Shown here: positions 54,251 to 64,000 of the stretch, piece by piece
How the letters are laid out: every line of letters starts with the position of its first letter
Numbering within the stretch: position 1 is the stretch's first letter
NCBI GenBank assembly: GCA_965140415.1
Contig: OZ223209.1
Coordinates: forward strand, 896,001-960,000
Length of the DNA: 64,000 nucleotides
Source: Myxococcota bacterium
GTDB lineage: Bacteria; Myxococcota_A; SURF-8
Direction: 5' to 3'
Notes under the pieces: model-generated
The model's database searches: none
Seen by the model: the letters and a program-made list of their open reading frames with translations, nothing else
What the model was told of the DNA's origin: nothing
Position numbers and translations under genes: made by a program

Positions 54251-55556
54251 CACAGCTGTCCCGTTAACTATTGAATAATTCCAACTGCTTACCAAAAGGG
54301 ATATTGGTAGGCAGGGAGGCGTTTGCCTTTAGCACCTGTAAAATGGGGCTTTCCTCGAAAAGCGTGACGCTTAAAATCTGTAGAATCGTCATCAAACTGT
54401 GCTCGAGATTCAGATCCTTTTTCAGAATCGCAACCAACAGATAAACCGTAATCGAAATCCACACTTGTGTCTTTACCGCATTGGCGCTGCGACCGTAAAA
54501 CGCCTTGATTCGCAGATTCTGTTTGATCCATTTGAAAAACACTTCGATACTCCACCGCAGCCGGTACAAGTCCGGAATCGTTTCCGAAGAAAGATCAAAG
54601 TTGTTGGTCAGCCAGACAAATCGGGTGTTCGATTCTGGATCGATGTAGTTGATTCGCCGCACATGATCCGGATAGCGTCGAATGGAAGCACGGTCCACGA
54701 AGCTCACGGTCTGATCGGCGCGCAATCCCAAGCTCTTGTCGATGGGGTGTGAATAGATTCGCTTTGTGCTGGTGTTCTTGCTGGCTCTAAGAATGAAGAA
54801 GGCTCCCGCCCGATGGATGCGATGCATGCGTCCGTAATCGACATAACCGCGATCCATGATATAAAATGCGCCCGCTTCCAAAGGCAGAATATCCAGTAAA
54901 CGCTTGTCATGGCTCTTGCCGTCCGTAATGGAAATAAAGGCGGGAATCCGTCCGCGAAGGTCCATTTGCGTGTGAAGACGCAATGATCCATTGTATCGCG
55001 TGAATTTGGCCCATGGAAAAAGCGACAAACTCAAATCAATCGCTGTCGTGTCGAGCGCGTAGGTGGTGGCGTCTAGGTCGACGGCGAGCTTCTCGTCCGC
55101 ATACAGCGCGCGGGCGCGCCGTATCAGGGGCTGAGCGAGATCTGCGTAAATGCGCCAGTCGCGTTTTTCATTCGCTCTGGCCAGTGTGTTGCGAGAGACT
55201 TTTCCACGCAGACCCATGTGATAAAGTTTCAGCTGAATAGCCCGCAAGGTCGCTTCAATATCGCGCAGGCTTTCGCGGTAGGCCAGCTGGGCAAATGCCA
55301 TGCAAATGAATTGATCCATACAGGAAAAGGTACGAATGCGCTTGTTCCCCTGATAGCGATTGACACAACGGCGGAAATGGCGATCCGGCAAATAGTCGAG
55401 CACTTGCGAAAAGACAGTCTGTGTCATTTTGATCTCCTGCATTTCTTGACTATTCGAAATGCAGAAAAACTATCGCGGACACCTGATAATCACAAATTCA
55501 ATCTGTAATAATAAGTAGTTGTAGCGCTGAACCTGGAAGTTAGCGGGACAGCTGTG
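54251..55556 (-). mobile_element. IS4-family insertion sequence, about 1306 bp
   Basis: Terminal inverted repeats CACAGCTGTCCCGTTAACT (54251-54269) and AGTTAGCGGGACAGCTGTG (55538-55556), 18/19 match, enclosing one transposase gene. No clear target-site duplication. Confidence 0.92.
54264..55427 (-). CDS. IS4-family transposase (DUF4372-like N-terminus + DDE domain)
   Basis: ALDTT, MDRGY and YRLRWSIEVFFKWIKQ (YREK signature). RBS AGGAG before the ATG at 55427. The stop lies inside the inverted repeat. Confidence 0.94.
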   Translation of the reverse strand: MTQTVFSQVLDYLPDRHFRRCVNRYQGNKRIRTFSCMDQFICMAFAQLAYRESLRDIEATLRAIQLKLYHMGLRGKVSRNTLARANEKRDWRIYADLAQPLIRRARALYADEKLAVDLDATTYALDTTAIDLSLSLFPWAKFTRYNGSLRLHTQMDLRGRIPAFISITDGKSHDKRLLDILPLEAGAFYIMDRGYVDYGRMHRIHRAGAFFILRASKNTSTKRIYSHPIDKSLGLRADQTVSFVDRASIRRYPDHVRRINYIDPESNTRFVWLTNNFDLSSETIPDLYRLRWSIEVFFKWIKQNLRIKAFYGRSANAVKTQVWISITVYLLVAILKKDLNLEHSLMTILQILSVTLFEESPILQVLKANASLPTNIPFGKQLELFNS

Positions 55557-55599
55557 ATAGGCAAGCTTCGTTTCTCTGCGCTTGGCTCATGCCACACGT

Positions 55600-55629
55600 C
55601 GGCGGGCTTACGCCTCGCCGCTGCAAAAA
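55600..55629 (-). repeat. GTAG-type REP-like palindrome, copy 1
   Basis: Minus strand TTTTTGCAGCGGCGAGGCGTAAGCCCGCCG, 28/30 identical to 62683-62712. Confidence 0.75.
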
Positions 55630-55647
55630 TGGTTACCGTTTATTCAC

Positions 55648-56424
55648 TCAACCATACATGATGTTGGTCATCGCGAGATTCGCCAGAATCGTGACCATGC
55701 CGGTCAAGACGACCGCCTTGTTGGTGGCGCGTCCCACGCCTTCCGGGCCTTTCTCGGCGCGAAAACCGAAGTAGCAACACATCGTGGCGATAATCACACC
55801 GAAAACCAGACCTTTGATCATGCCGTTGATCAGATCCATGAAACCGATATAGGTGATCGTGTAATTCCAGAATGCGCCGGGGTCCAGCCCCAGTTGCCAG
55901 GTGGAAACGGCATAGGTTGCGCCGATGGCGACGGCATCGGAGATCAGAATCAGGCAGGGAATCATAATCAGAGTAGCTAGAAAGCGTGGAACCACCAGGT
56001 ATTGCACCGGATCGACCGCCATGACTTCCAATGCGTCGATCTGCTCCTTGATCTTCATCAGTCCGATGGAGGCTGTCATGCGCGTTCCCGCTTTGGCCAC
56101 CAGAATCGCCGCCGCAATGGCCGGGCAGAGTTCGCGGACTTCCGTCATCCCGGCGAAAACGCCCACCATGTTTTCTCCGCCGAAACTGAGAAACACCGTG
56201 TAGCCTTCCAGCGCAACGCTCATACCGACGAAAACCGATACCGCTACCAATACCAGCAGTGATTGAATACCGATCTCGTAGCATTGATGAAAAAGCTGTG
56301 AGAAGTCCGGGAGATGGGTGGCCGAACTGCGTATCGTTTGCAGTAGAAACAAGAGCAGGCGGCCCAATTCGGCAAAGAATCCAAGTACGGTATTACTGGC
56401 GATGGTGAACAGATGCGTAAACAT
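55648..56424 (-). CDS. mlaE: MlaE-family ABC transporter permease
   Basis: EIGIQSL, VRELCP, MKIKEQIDALEVMAVDPVQYLVVPR and GPEGVGRATNKAVV. Confidence 0.92.
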   Translation of the reverse strand: MFTHLFTIASNTVLGFFAELGRLLLFLLQTIRSSATHLPDFSQLFHQCYEIGIQSLLVLVAVSVFVGMSVALEGYTVFLSFGGENMVGVFAGMTEVRELCPAIAAAILVAKAGTRMTASIGLMKIKEQIDALEVMAVDPVQYLVVPRFLATLIMIPCLILISDAVAIGATYAVSTWQLGLDPGAFWNYTITYIGFMDLINGMIKGLVFGVIIATMCCYFGFRAEKGPEGVGRATNKAVVLTGMVTILANLAMTNIMYG

Positions 56425-56444
56425 GCCTTGCCGTTTACCGTCGG

Positions 56445-56996
56445 CTATTTGGTGAATTTGGTTTGTAACAGCAGGCTTTCTTCCGCATCCCACAGTTTCA
56501 GCAGGTATTCGCCGTCTGTCAGGTCATCGATACTGGATTCGAACCGATAATAGCAGGTTTCGCTGGTTTGCAGATCCCGGTCGATGAAGACTTCGATCAG
56601 GTTGACCGTTTCTTTAACGACGAAGGTTGCCAGTTCAATCGATGTCACCCGGTAATCGCTGTCCTTGTAATATTCCGAATCCGGGTCGTTGTACTGATCG
56701 AAAATCCACTGCGGATAGCAAGGATATGGAGCGTTGACATGCACGACGGTGGGCAGCCCGCGCTTTTTCTTGACGTAGATCTGCTCGACGCAGTCATCGG
56801 ACTGCTCGTCGCAAAACGGTGTCACCTGTCCATCCACGAGCGAAAGGCAATTGCCTTCTTCGCCGCTGAAGTCGGTAGTACAGGTATGCGAAACGGTGTA
56901 ATCCTGCCCGGTCACAAACGGCGTGGGGACACTGGAGCCGCCACAGGCGATCAGAGTCAGTCCAACCAGCAGGCTAAATAGTAGCTTTCCATTCAC
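56445..56996 (-). CDS. Hypothetical lipoprotein
   Basis: GTG at 56996 with RBS GGAGG gives MNGKLLFSLLVGLTLIAC (lipobox). Confidence 0.7.
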   Translation of the reverse strand: MNGKLLFSLLVGLTLIACGGSSVPTPFVTGQDYTVSHTCTTDFSGEEGNCLSLVDGQVTPFCDEQSDDCVEQIYVKKKRGLPTVVHVNAPYPCYPQWIFDQYNDPDSEYYKDSDYRVTSIELATFVVKETVNLIEVFIDRDLQTSETCYYRFESSIDDLTDGEYLLKLWDAEESLLLQTKFTK

Positions 56997-57091
56997 GGTA
57001 CGACCTCCCAACCAAAAAGGAAGGTCGATCCTACACCGCCGCGCCCGGACTGGCAAGCATTCGTCATGGATTTCTTGGAGTGTGCAATCGT

Positions 57092-57484
57092 TCACTTCAT
57101 CGTGTTATTGGTGCCGGATTGATTGAAGCGGATATCGAAACCGATGTCGGTCAGGGGAATGTTGCGCCGGACCGTGTAATCGGCTTTCAGGTAAACGAAG
57201 CGTTTTTCTTTTGTAACAACAATTTCTTCCGGGTCGAAGTGGTAATCCTGATGCCGCAGTTCTTCCAGTGCGAAGAGCTTGATTTCTTCCACCGACTGCA
57301 TTCCTGCTGTTTTAGCGGCGATCGAGCGGAACATGCCGCCCAGTTTCCAATTCTGGAAAAATGGAGGCACGAACAGGTAAATTGCCAATATAAGCAAAAT
57401 CACACCGATCGTTATCATCAAGTTCGATAAAGAACTCGCCCCTTTACGAGAAGAGATCCAACTACGAGTGCCAGCTTTTTCCAT
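57092..57484 (-). CDS. DUF4845-like membrane-anchored protein with a pilin-like leader
   Basis: RKG followed by a hydrophobic helix and VPPFF, with C-terminal Y.VR.NIP...I.F. RBS GGAGG. Confidence 0.6.
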   Translation of the reverse strand: MEKAGTRSWISSRKGASSLSNLMITIGVILLILAIYLFVPPFFQNWKLGGMFRSIAAKTAGMQSVEEIKLFALEELRHQDYHFDPEEIVVTKEKRFVYLKADYTVRRNIPLTDIGFDIRFNQSGTNNTMK

Positions 57485-57713
57485 CTTCCCCTCCACTTGG
57501 ATAGTTGCCATCAGCGCGCTTCCCCAAATACGCATTGTCTCATGATGTACGTTTCTCTAGGAAGAACACCATTAAACCACTCTTTGGCGGATGTGTCCAG
57601 TGCTTTGAAACGGGAGTTAAGAAAGGGGGGAATCGCAGAGAAGGAAATCGCTTCTAGAGCCGCCAGAAACGGAATTTTCGCGTAGGTCGGGTCGTTTGGC
57701 CCGACATTCATCC

Positions 57714-59459
57714 TTATTCTTCTCCCAACCCGATAAGAATTCCACGCGCTTCGGCGGCTTTGGGATGATCGGGGTAGTCGGTCAGCAGGCGTCGCAGCAC
57801 CGGGACGCAGTCTATCGCGCGGTTGGCTTTGAGCAGGCTCATGCTCTGTTGATACAGTGCATCGCCCGCCAGTGCGGGAGCGGCTTGCTTGGCAAGACGA
57901 CCGTACAACTGCGCGGCCTGGTCGAAATCGCCAAGTCGGTAAGCGGCTTTGGCTGCGCGTTGCAGCGCCTGCGGAGCCTGATGGCTGCCGGGATTCTCGT
58001 TTGCGATTTGGCTGCATCGCACTAACGCCAGTTCCAGGCGGTCGGAATCGTACAGGTTGCGGCACAGCGCGGCGGCGGCCTGTTCGTGCAAAACGCCCTC
58101 CGGGTAATCGCGCAAATAACGCTCCCAGGCCTGGCTCGCCTCTTCAGGGCGTTGCAGATAGCTATCGAGCACGTAACCGATGGTATACAACGTGTTTCCG
58201 CGTAATTCCGGTTGCTTCAGATCTCGTTCCGCAATGCGCAACGCTTGCAGCGCTTCTTCCGGCTTTCCGGCTCCCAGCAGGTTTTCTCCGATCAGGTACA
58301 AGCTTTGTTGCTGCTGCGGTGTGTTTGGAAACTCTTTTCCGAGTTGAAGCAATAAACCGAGCGCCTCGGTGAAACGTCGTTCTCGCTGAGCCTGCCGAGC
58401 CTGATGCAAAAGCGTTTCGGCGGGGTTTACCTGTTCCTCATCGACGATGGCTGCTTCCGGTACAACTCGCGCCAATGCCTGTACGGCTGGAGTTACAGGC
58501 TTATCTGAAACCGGGAGCGACGCTTTGACTTGGTTCGCAACGGGCGGCAGTTCGAACAGGTGCAGCGGGATTTTCTCCGCTTCCAAGGGATGCAGGCCGC
58601 CGTTGGTATCGACAAGCAGTGCTTCCCCTGCTTGCAGCAGCACCGACACACTTTCCCGTTCCAGGGTGAAAACTCGCACCCGACCTTCTTTAACGGCGAT
58701 CAGGCTGCCGGTCTGTTTCCGGTGACGGACGGCGAAAACCGTTCCAACGACGTCCACCTGCGCCAGTGGCGTTTGAATCGAAAAGCGCTGGCCTTCCGTG
58801 CGTTTAGCTACCCAGGCGGCGATGTCGCCCTGTGCCAGTTGAAACTCGACCCGTTGCGTCGTCGCTTCGCTCAGTGTGGCTGTAGCGCCTTGTAGCAGCA
58901 GCTTATCGCCGCTTTCAAGTTGAATGCGGGCGTGAGCCTGCTCCGGCATGGCAATTCGAGTTCCGAGCTGTAAACGGGAAACGTCGCTGTTATTTCCAGT
59001 GCTGCTTAGCTGTACGCCTTCACTGGCGTTGATGAGCTTGCCGTCGATCGGTTGGGCCGTGATCGTTGTTGCTGCCGGATCTGAAAGCGGGGAAAGTTGG
59101 GATGGATCTTTCGGGGAATCCGTGGCGCTAGTCCACCAGAAAAGGCCGAGAACCGCAACCAGGACGACGGATGCCAGGGCCCAGGCCGGGCGATGGATGG
59201 ATTGCCACAGCCGCGAATACCAGGTCTCTTCCGCCGAATCCAGCGCGGCATGGATGAAACGGGCGCGCGCACGAAAAACGTCTTCTCGGGTCGGATCGGG
59301 AACTTGGGTTTGCAGTCGTTGCAGGGTTTCTTGCGTGATTGCCATGCGTTGGCGGCATTTCGGGCACTGTTCGACATGCACCGCCCATTTACGCAGGGCT
59401 GGGGAATTCGGATCGCTTACGAATTCCTGAAGTTCTTCTTGTGTCGGATGGCGCTCCAT
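57714..59459 (-). CDS. Anti-sigma factor: ZAS zinc motif, TM helix, FecR domain and C-terminal TPRs
   Basis: HVEQCPKC (HxxxCxxC), TM LASVVLVAVLGLFWW, FecR motif FSIQTPLAQVDVVGTVFAV...VKEGRV and TPR YLRDYPEG. The start overlaps the sigma stop codon. Confidence 0.88.
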   Translation of the reverse strand: MERHPTQEELQEFVSDPNSPALRKWAVHVEQCPKCRQRMAITQETLQRLQTQVPDPTREDVFRARARFIHAALDSAEETWYSRLWQSIHRPAWALASVVLVAVLGLFWWTSATDSPKDPSQLSPLSDPAATTITAQPIDGKLINASEGVQLSSTGNNSDVSRLQLGTRIAMPEQAHARIQLESGDKLLLQGATATLSEATTQRVEFQLAQGDIAAWVAKRTEGQRFSIQTPLAQVDVVGTVFAVRHRKQTGSLIAVKEGRVRVFTLERESVSVLLQAGEALLVDTNGGLHPLEAEKIPLHLFELPPVANQVKASLPVSDKPVTPAVQALARVVPEAAIVDEEQVNPAETLLHQARQAQRERRFTEALGLLLQLGKEFPNTPQQQQSLYLIGENLLGAGKPEEALQALRIAERDLKQPELRGNTLYTIGYVLDSYLQRPEEASQAWERYLRDYPEGVLHEQAAAALCRNLYDSDRLELALVRCSQIANENPGSHQAPQALQRAAKAAYRLGDFDQAAQLYGRLAKQAAPALAGDALYQQSMSLLKANRAIDCVPVLRRLLTDYPDHPKAAEARGILIGLGEE

Positions 59460-60112
59460 CACGCTTCCTCTTTCCGCTTGTGACCCGGCTTTTCCGTGTC
59501 GAAATAGCCCTGTCGCTCGATTTTCTGCCAGAAGAGCTTGCGAGCATGATGCAGCCGCGAATACACCGCCGAAACGGAACAATTCAAGATCTCTGCAATT
59601 TGCTCGCTTTCAAGTTGTTCCACATCCGCCAGCAGGAAGACATCCCGTTTTTTGCGCGGCATGGTGCGAACGACGTCCCAGAGCTTTTGCGTGTGCTCAT
59701 CCAGCAATAACTGCCACAACGCGCCGCGATCGCCGGAGATCGTCAATTCCGCTTCCATCTGGGGGCGGTTGCGTTCGCGCATGCTTTGCCGCAGATGCTG
59801 ATTGGCGACGTTCAACGCGATGCGATATACCCAGGTTCCCAGGCGCGCCTCGCCGCGAAAACGCGGTAAACTGCGATAGACTTCCATCAACGCCGTTTGG
59901 ATGATGTCCTCCAGATCCTGCTCCGGACCTAAAATACGAAGTAATATCCGGCGCATGTCGGGATATTGGCGGCTGAACAACAGATCCAGCGCTTCCCTGT
60001 CGCCCCGCTGACAGCGCCGCAGCAATTCTCGTTCCTGCTGTTCGCTCAGTGGGTTCGACTCCTCGCGCTTGTCCGGCCCGAGTGTCATGCTGATCCATCC
60101 GCCAAAGATCAT
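59459..60112 (-). CDS. ECF RNA polymerase sigma-70 factor
   Basis: Region 2 EDIIQTAL...FRGEARLGTWVYRIALN and region 4 EQIAEILNCSVSAVYSRLHHAR. Confidence 0.93.
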   Translation of the reverse strand: MIFGGWISMTLGPDKREESNPLSEQQERELLRRCQRGDREALDLLFSRQYPDMRRILLRILGPEQDLEDIIQTALMEVYRSLPRFRGEARLGTWVYRIALNVANQHLRQSMRERNRPQMEAELTISGDRGALWQLLLDEHTQKLWDVVRTMPRKKRDVFLLADVEQLESEQIAEILNCSVSAVYSRLHHARKLFWQKIERQGYFDTEKPGHKRKEEA

Positions 60113-60178
60113 CTTCGCCTCACAACTCCTCTATCCATTGGTTGCTCTAGTCTGCGTTTTCTTCCATCGAATCGACCG

Positions 60179-61282
60179 TTACCGGTGAAAAAAATCGAAG
60201 GTGAAACCGGCCATGGCCCACAAGGCGTAGCTCGGCTGGGTGAAAACGGTTTTTCCATCGATCTGATAGCGCTGAATCTGCGGGGTATAACTCACGTTGA
60301 ACTGAGCCTGGAAGCCCAGTATCTTATGGAAATAATAGGAGTATCCCAGCCCGCCGACCAGTCCTACATTCACCCGTTCATATCGTTTCTGCTCGATCCA
60401 TTTGTAGCGATCGGTAAAGGTAATCAGGGTCACATCCGCCAGCATCGATAGATTGACCTGGATTTCGTGGCCATTCAGCAGCGCAATGTAGTGTCCACCG
60501 ACCCAGATCGGCACCTCCCGATAATGAATCTTGAACCGGTCCTGCTTGGGAGCGGCAGTGCTTAGCGCCCCCACGCCGAAGCCCAACGCAACGGGAGGAA
60601 AGGGAAAATAGGTCAATTCAACGGTGGCTCCACCCAGTACGATCTCTTGTTGCGGATGGGTCAATACCGCGCCCAATAACGAAACCGCCAGCTTTTTCGG
60701 TTCGGGAACGGCCAGTGCATCCGCCTGGGTTTCAATGACTTCCGGTGCGATGTCCGTTGCATTCGACCGATCGCGAGACTCGGGAGGAATCAACTCTTCC
60801 GCCAAAAGCGAAACCAGTGGAGCCGTGGCGACCGCCTGGTTTTTCCGGCTGGCAAGCGAACGCAATACCCGCCTGCCTGATTCTGGAAAGTATATTGAAA
60901 TCAATATGATAGAGTCCTGCTGGTCCTCGCTTGGCGGGTTCCAGTCCAGCCAGATAATGGCATTTACCTTTTGTGGAGGTGGGTTTTTCTGGAAATGCGT
61001 TTCCAGTTCCGAAGATGCCAGGGCCTGTCGCTGCAAACGGATCACGCGCGTGTGCAGATCGGCGCGGGAAATGTCCGCATCCAAAAAGGCGGCTACTTCC
61101 TGCACGTTGCCGCCGGGCTGCTCGATGGAATCACCGCGATCCAACAGCCAGACTTCACGAGTCCCATTTTCGGCAGCGTGGGCATGTGCCGCAAGGAGAC
61201 ACAATAAGGCCAGGGCCACTAGCAAGGCGGCTCGACTCGCAAGAAAGCGAGGCGTATCAATTGGTAGAAAATCCATGTTCAT
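60179..61282 (-). CDS. Hypothetical exported protein, N-terminal alpha/beta domain plus probable C-terminal beta-barrel
   Basis: Signal peptide (AHA-A), with C-terminal amphipathic beta-strands ending AGFTFDFFHR. The start is uncertain. Confidence 0.65.
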   Translation of the reverse strand: MNMDFLPIDTPRFLASRAALLVALALLCLLAAHAHAAENGTREVWLLDRGDSIEQPGGNVQEVAAFLDADISRADLHTRVIRLQRQALASSELETHFQKNPPPQKVNAIIWLDWNPPSEDQQDSIILISIYFPESGRRVLRSLASRKNQAVATAPLVSLLAEELIPPESRDRSNATDIAPEVIETQADALAVPEPKKLAVSLLGAVLTHPQQEIVLGGATVELTYFPFPPVALGFGVGALSTAAPKQDRFKIHYREVPIWVGGHYIALLNGHEIQVNLSMLADVTLITFTDRYKWIEQKRYERVNVGLVGGLGYSYYFHKILGFQAQFNVSYTPQIQRYQIDGKTVFTQPSYALWAMAGFTFDFFHR

Positions 61283-61444
61283 CGTTATATTGTAGCCGGT
61301 TTCCGAAAAAAGAATAGATTGTTTTTCACGATTCCCCAATATATATGTTATGGAGCGTGAAAAAATGCTCAGAGAAAAACAGACTCATCTTTTTGATAAT
61401 ACTAGTTTATTTGTGTGTTTGCCGATTTGCCATGGAAAATTCTC

Positions 61445-61472
61445 TTGACGCGGCTTGTCACCTCGCTATAGT
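61445..61472 (+). promoter_or_regulatory. Sigma70-type promoter of dprA
   Basis: TTGACG-N16-TATAGT, about 30 nt upstream of the start. Confidence 0.55.
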
Positions 61473-61504
61473 CGTGTGCTGTTTGGGTCTGGCATAAACG
61501 AGGT

Positions 61505-62653
61505 GTGTTTGTGAACGAGCAACGACAACTCGCACTGCTGTGGCTGGCAATGAAGCTGGGACCGGTAGGGCAGCGGCACGCCTTGGCCTGGATTCAGGAT
61601 GACAGGTTCTTTGAACGCACGAAACAGGACTGGCAATCCAGCGGATTGACCGAGGCGCAGTCACAAGCGCTTACCGGAACGAAGGGGCGCAAGCAGGCGG
61701 AACGAACCCTGTTGCGAATGCAGCAGGAAGGGATTCAAATCCTGCTAAGTGGTCAGGATGACTTCCCTTATTCCTTGCCAACCGCAGAATATCTGCCGCC
61801 GATTCTCTTCATCAAGGGATCACAGCACGCGTGGCGGCGCGCAGGCTTGGCCGTGGTTGGCACTCGCAAGCCGAGCGGCTATGGCCTTGAAATGGCAAAG
61901 GAAATCGCCTGCGAAGCAGCGTTACGCGGCATTCCGGTTGTAAGCGGTGCCGCGTTGGGAGTCGATACCGCCGCGCATCGGGGAGCCTTGCAGGCCGGTG
62001 GATTGACCGTGGCGGTATTGGGCTGCGGCTTGTTCCATACTTATCCGCCTTCCGCCAGGGAATTGCTGGAGCGCATCGCCGAAAACGGTGTATTGGTGAG
62101 CCAGTTCGACCCGGAACGTCGCCCGGATAAATCCACCTTCCCGATTCGCAATCAGGTTATTGCCGCTTTAAGCGAAGGTGTGGTGATCGTGGAAGGGCTG
62201 TTGCGCTCCGGCGCGGCTCATACGGCGCGTTTCGCCGGGAAAATGCAGCTTCCGCTCTACGCATTACCCGGAGATATCACCCGGCCCCAGGCGCAGTTGC
62301 CCAACCGCTTGATAACCGAAGGCGCGGTGCCGATTTTGATGCCTGCCGATCCGGTGGACCCGGTTGGGCGAAAACAGGCCGGTCAGGCGGAATTACCGCT
62401 ACAGCCTACGCGAAAACAGGCCAGGTCGAAATCGGGTCTTTCACCGAAGGATCTGTCTGCGTTGCCGGAATTGCAGCGACGACTTGTGAGTTGCATCAAC
62501 GAAGGCAGCGGTTCGGTAGATGAGTTATTGAGCGCCGGTCTTGGGGAGGCGGGCGAAATCAATCAGGCGTTATTGCAGTTGGAACTTTCCGGTTTGTTGC
62601 GACAGGAGCCCGGACGTCGCTATGCGCTGAACAAACCGGTTTCGGATAGCTAG
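61505..62653 (+). CDS. dprA: DNA-processing protein DprA/Smf
   Basis: AVVGTR, VVSGAALGVDTAAHRGAL, AVLGCG, FPIRNQVIAALS, SGAAHTA and C-terminal LLQLELSG winged helix. Lies upstream of topA. Confidence 0.94.
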   Translation: MFVNEQRQLALLWLAMKLGPVGQRHALAWIQDDRFFERTKQDWQSSGLTEAQSQALTGTKGRKQAERTLLRMQQEGIQILLSGQDDFPYSLPTAEYLPPILFIKGSQHAWRRAGLAVVGTRKPSGYGLEMAKEIACEAALRGIPVVSGAALGVDTAAHRGALQAGGLTVAVLGCGLFHTYPPSARELLERIAENGVLVSQFDPERRPDKSTFPIRNQVIAALSEGVVIVEGLLRSGAAHTARFAGKMQLPLYALPGDITRPQAQLPNRLITEGAVPILMPADPVDPVGRKQAGQAELPLQPTRKQARSKSGLSPKDLSALPELQRRLVSCINEGSGSVDELLSAGLGEAGEINQALLQLELSGLLRQEPGRRYALNKPVSDS

Positions 62654-62682
62654 AGGAGTTACGATTCATTATTGGCGATCAC

Positions 62683-62712
62683 TTTTTGTAGCGGCGAGGC
62701 GTCAGCCCGCCG
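62683..62712 (+). repeat. GTAG-type REP-like palindrome, copy 2
   Basis: TTTTT-GTAG-CGGCGAGGCGTCAGCCCGCCG between dprA and topA. Confidence 0.75.
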
Positions 62713-62822
62713 GAATACACCTTGAAAACGGTGGGCTTACTCCACCGCTACGGGAATCCAAAAAGTCTTTACCGCAAAAATGAATGAGACTGCTGTAAGA
62801 ATGGCGAAAGGAAACAGACAAC

Positions 62823-64000
<1,178 letters not shown>

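Overview
A 64-kb bacterial chromosomal window. Gene content points to a Myxococcota/deltaproteobacterium-like organism (inferred from Cys/Asp-rich lipoproteins, TIGR02266-like PilZ proteins, a long S41 protease and a giant TPR protein). Contents in order: (1) a hybrid histidine kinase cut by the window edge and a LuxR-type regulator; (2) a minus-strand surface-protein cluster with a ~3000-aa lipoprotein (six Ig-like domains, 25 exact-period 57-aa Cys/Asp repeats, Gly-rich tail), a FadL-like barrel and a Cys-rich lipoprotein; (3) a GNAT and an FGE-fold lipoprotein; (4) a compact three-gene nitrogenase-like operon (two very divergent component-1 subunits plus an intact NifH-type Fe protein) with no nif, bch or cfb accessory genes nearby, which is the best candidate for an undescribed system; (5) a 4xPAS kinase, receiver and REC-PAS-GGDEF module, then tRNA-Leu(CAA); (6) DedA-like, S41 protease, two PilZ genes, rfbB, TPR proteins and an SDR; (7) a partial complex I operon, nuoEFG-JKLMN; (8) an intact IS4-family element among hairpins; (9) mlaE, then an ECF sigma / ZAS-FecR-TPR anti-sigma / barrel-protein module; (10) dprA and the 5' part of topA. 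Several REP-like palindromes lie between genes. No CRISPR array, rRNA or prophage was seen. All family calls come from motif recognition by eye, not database searches.
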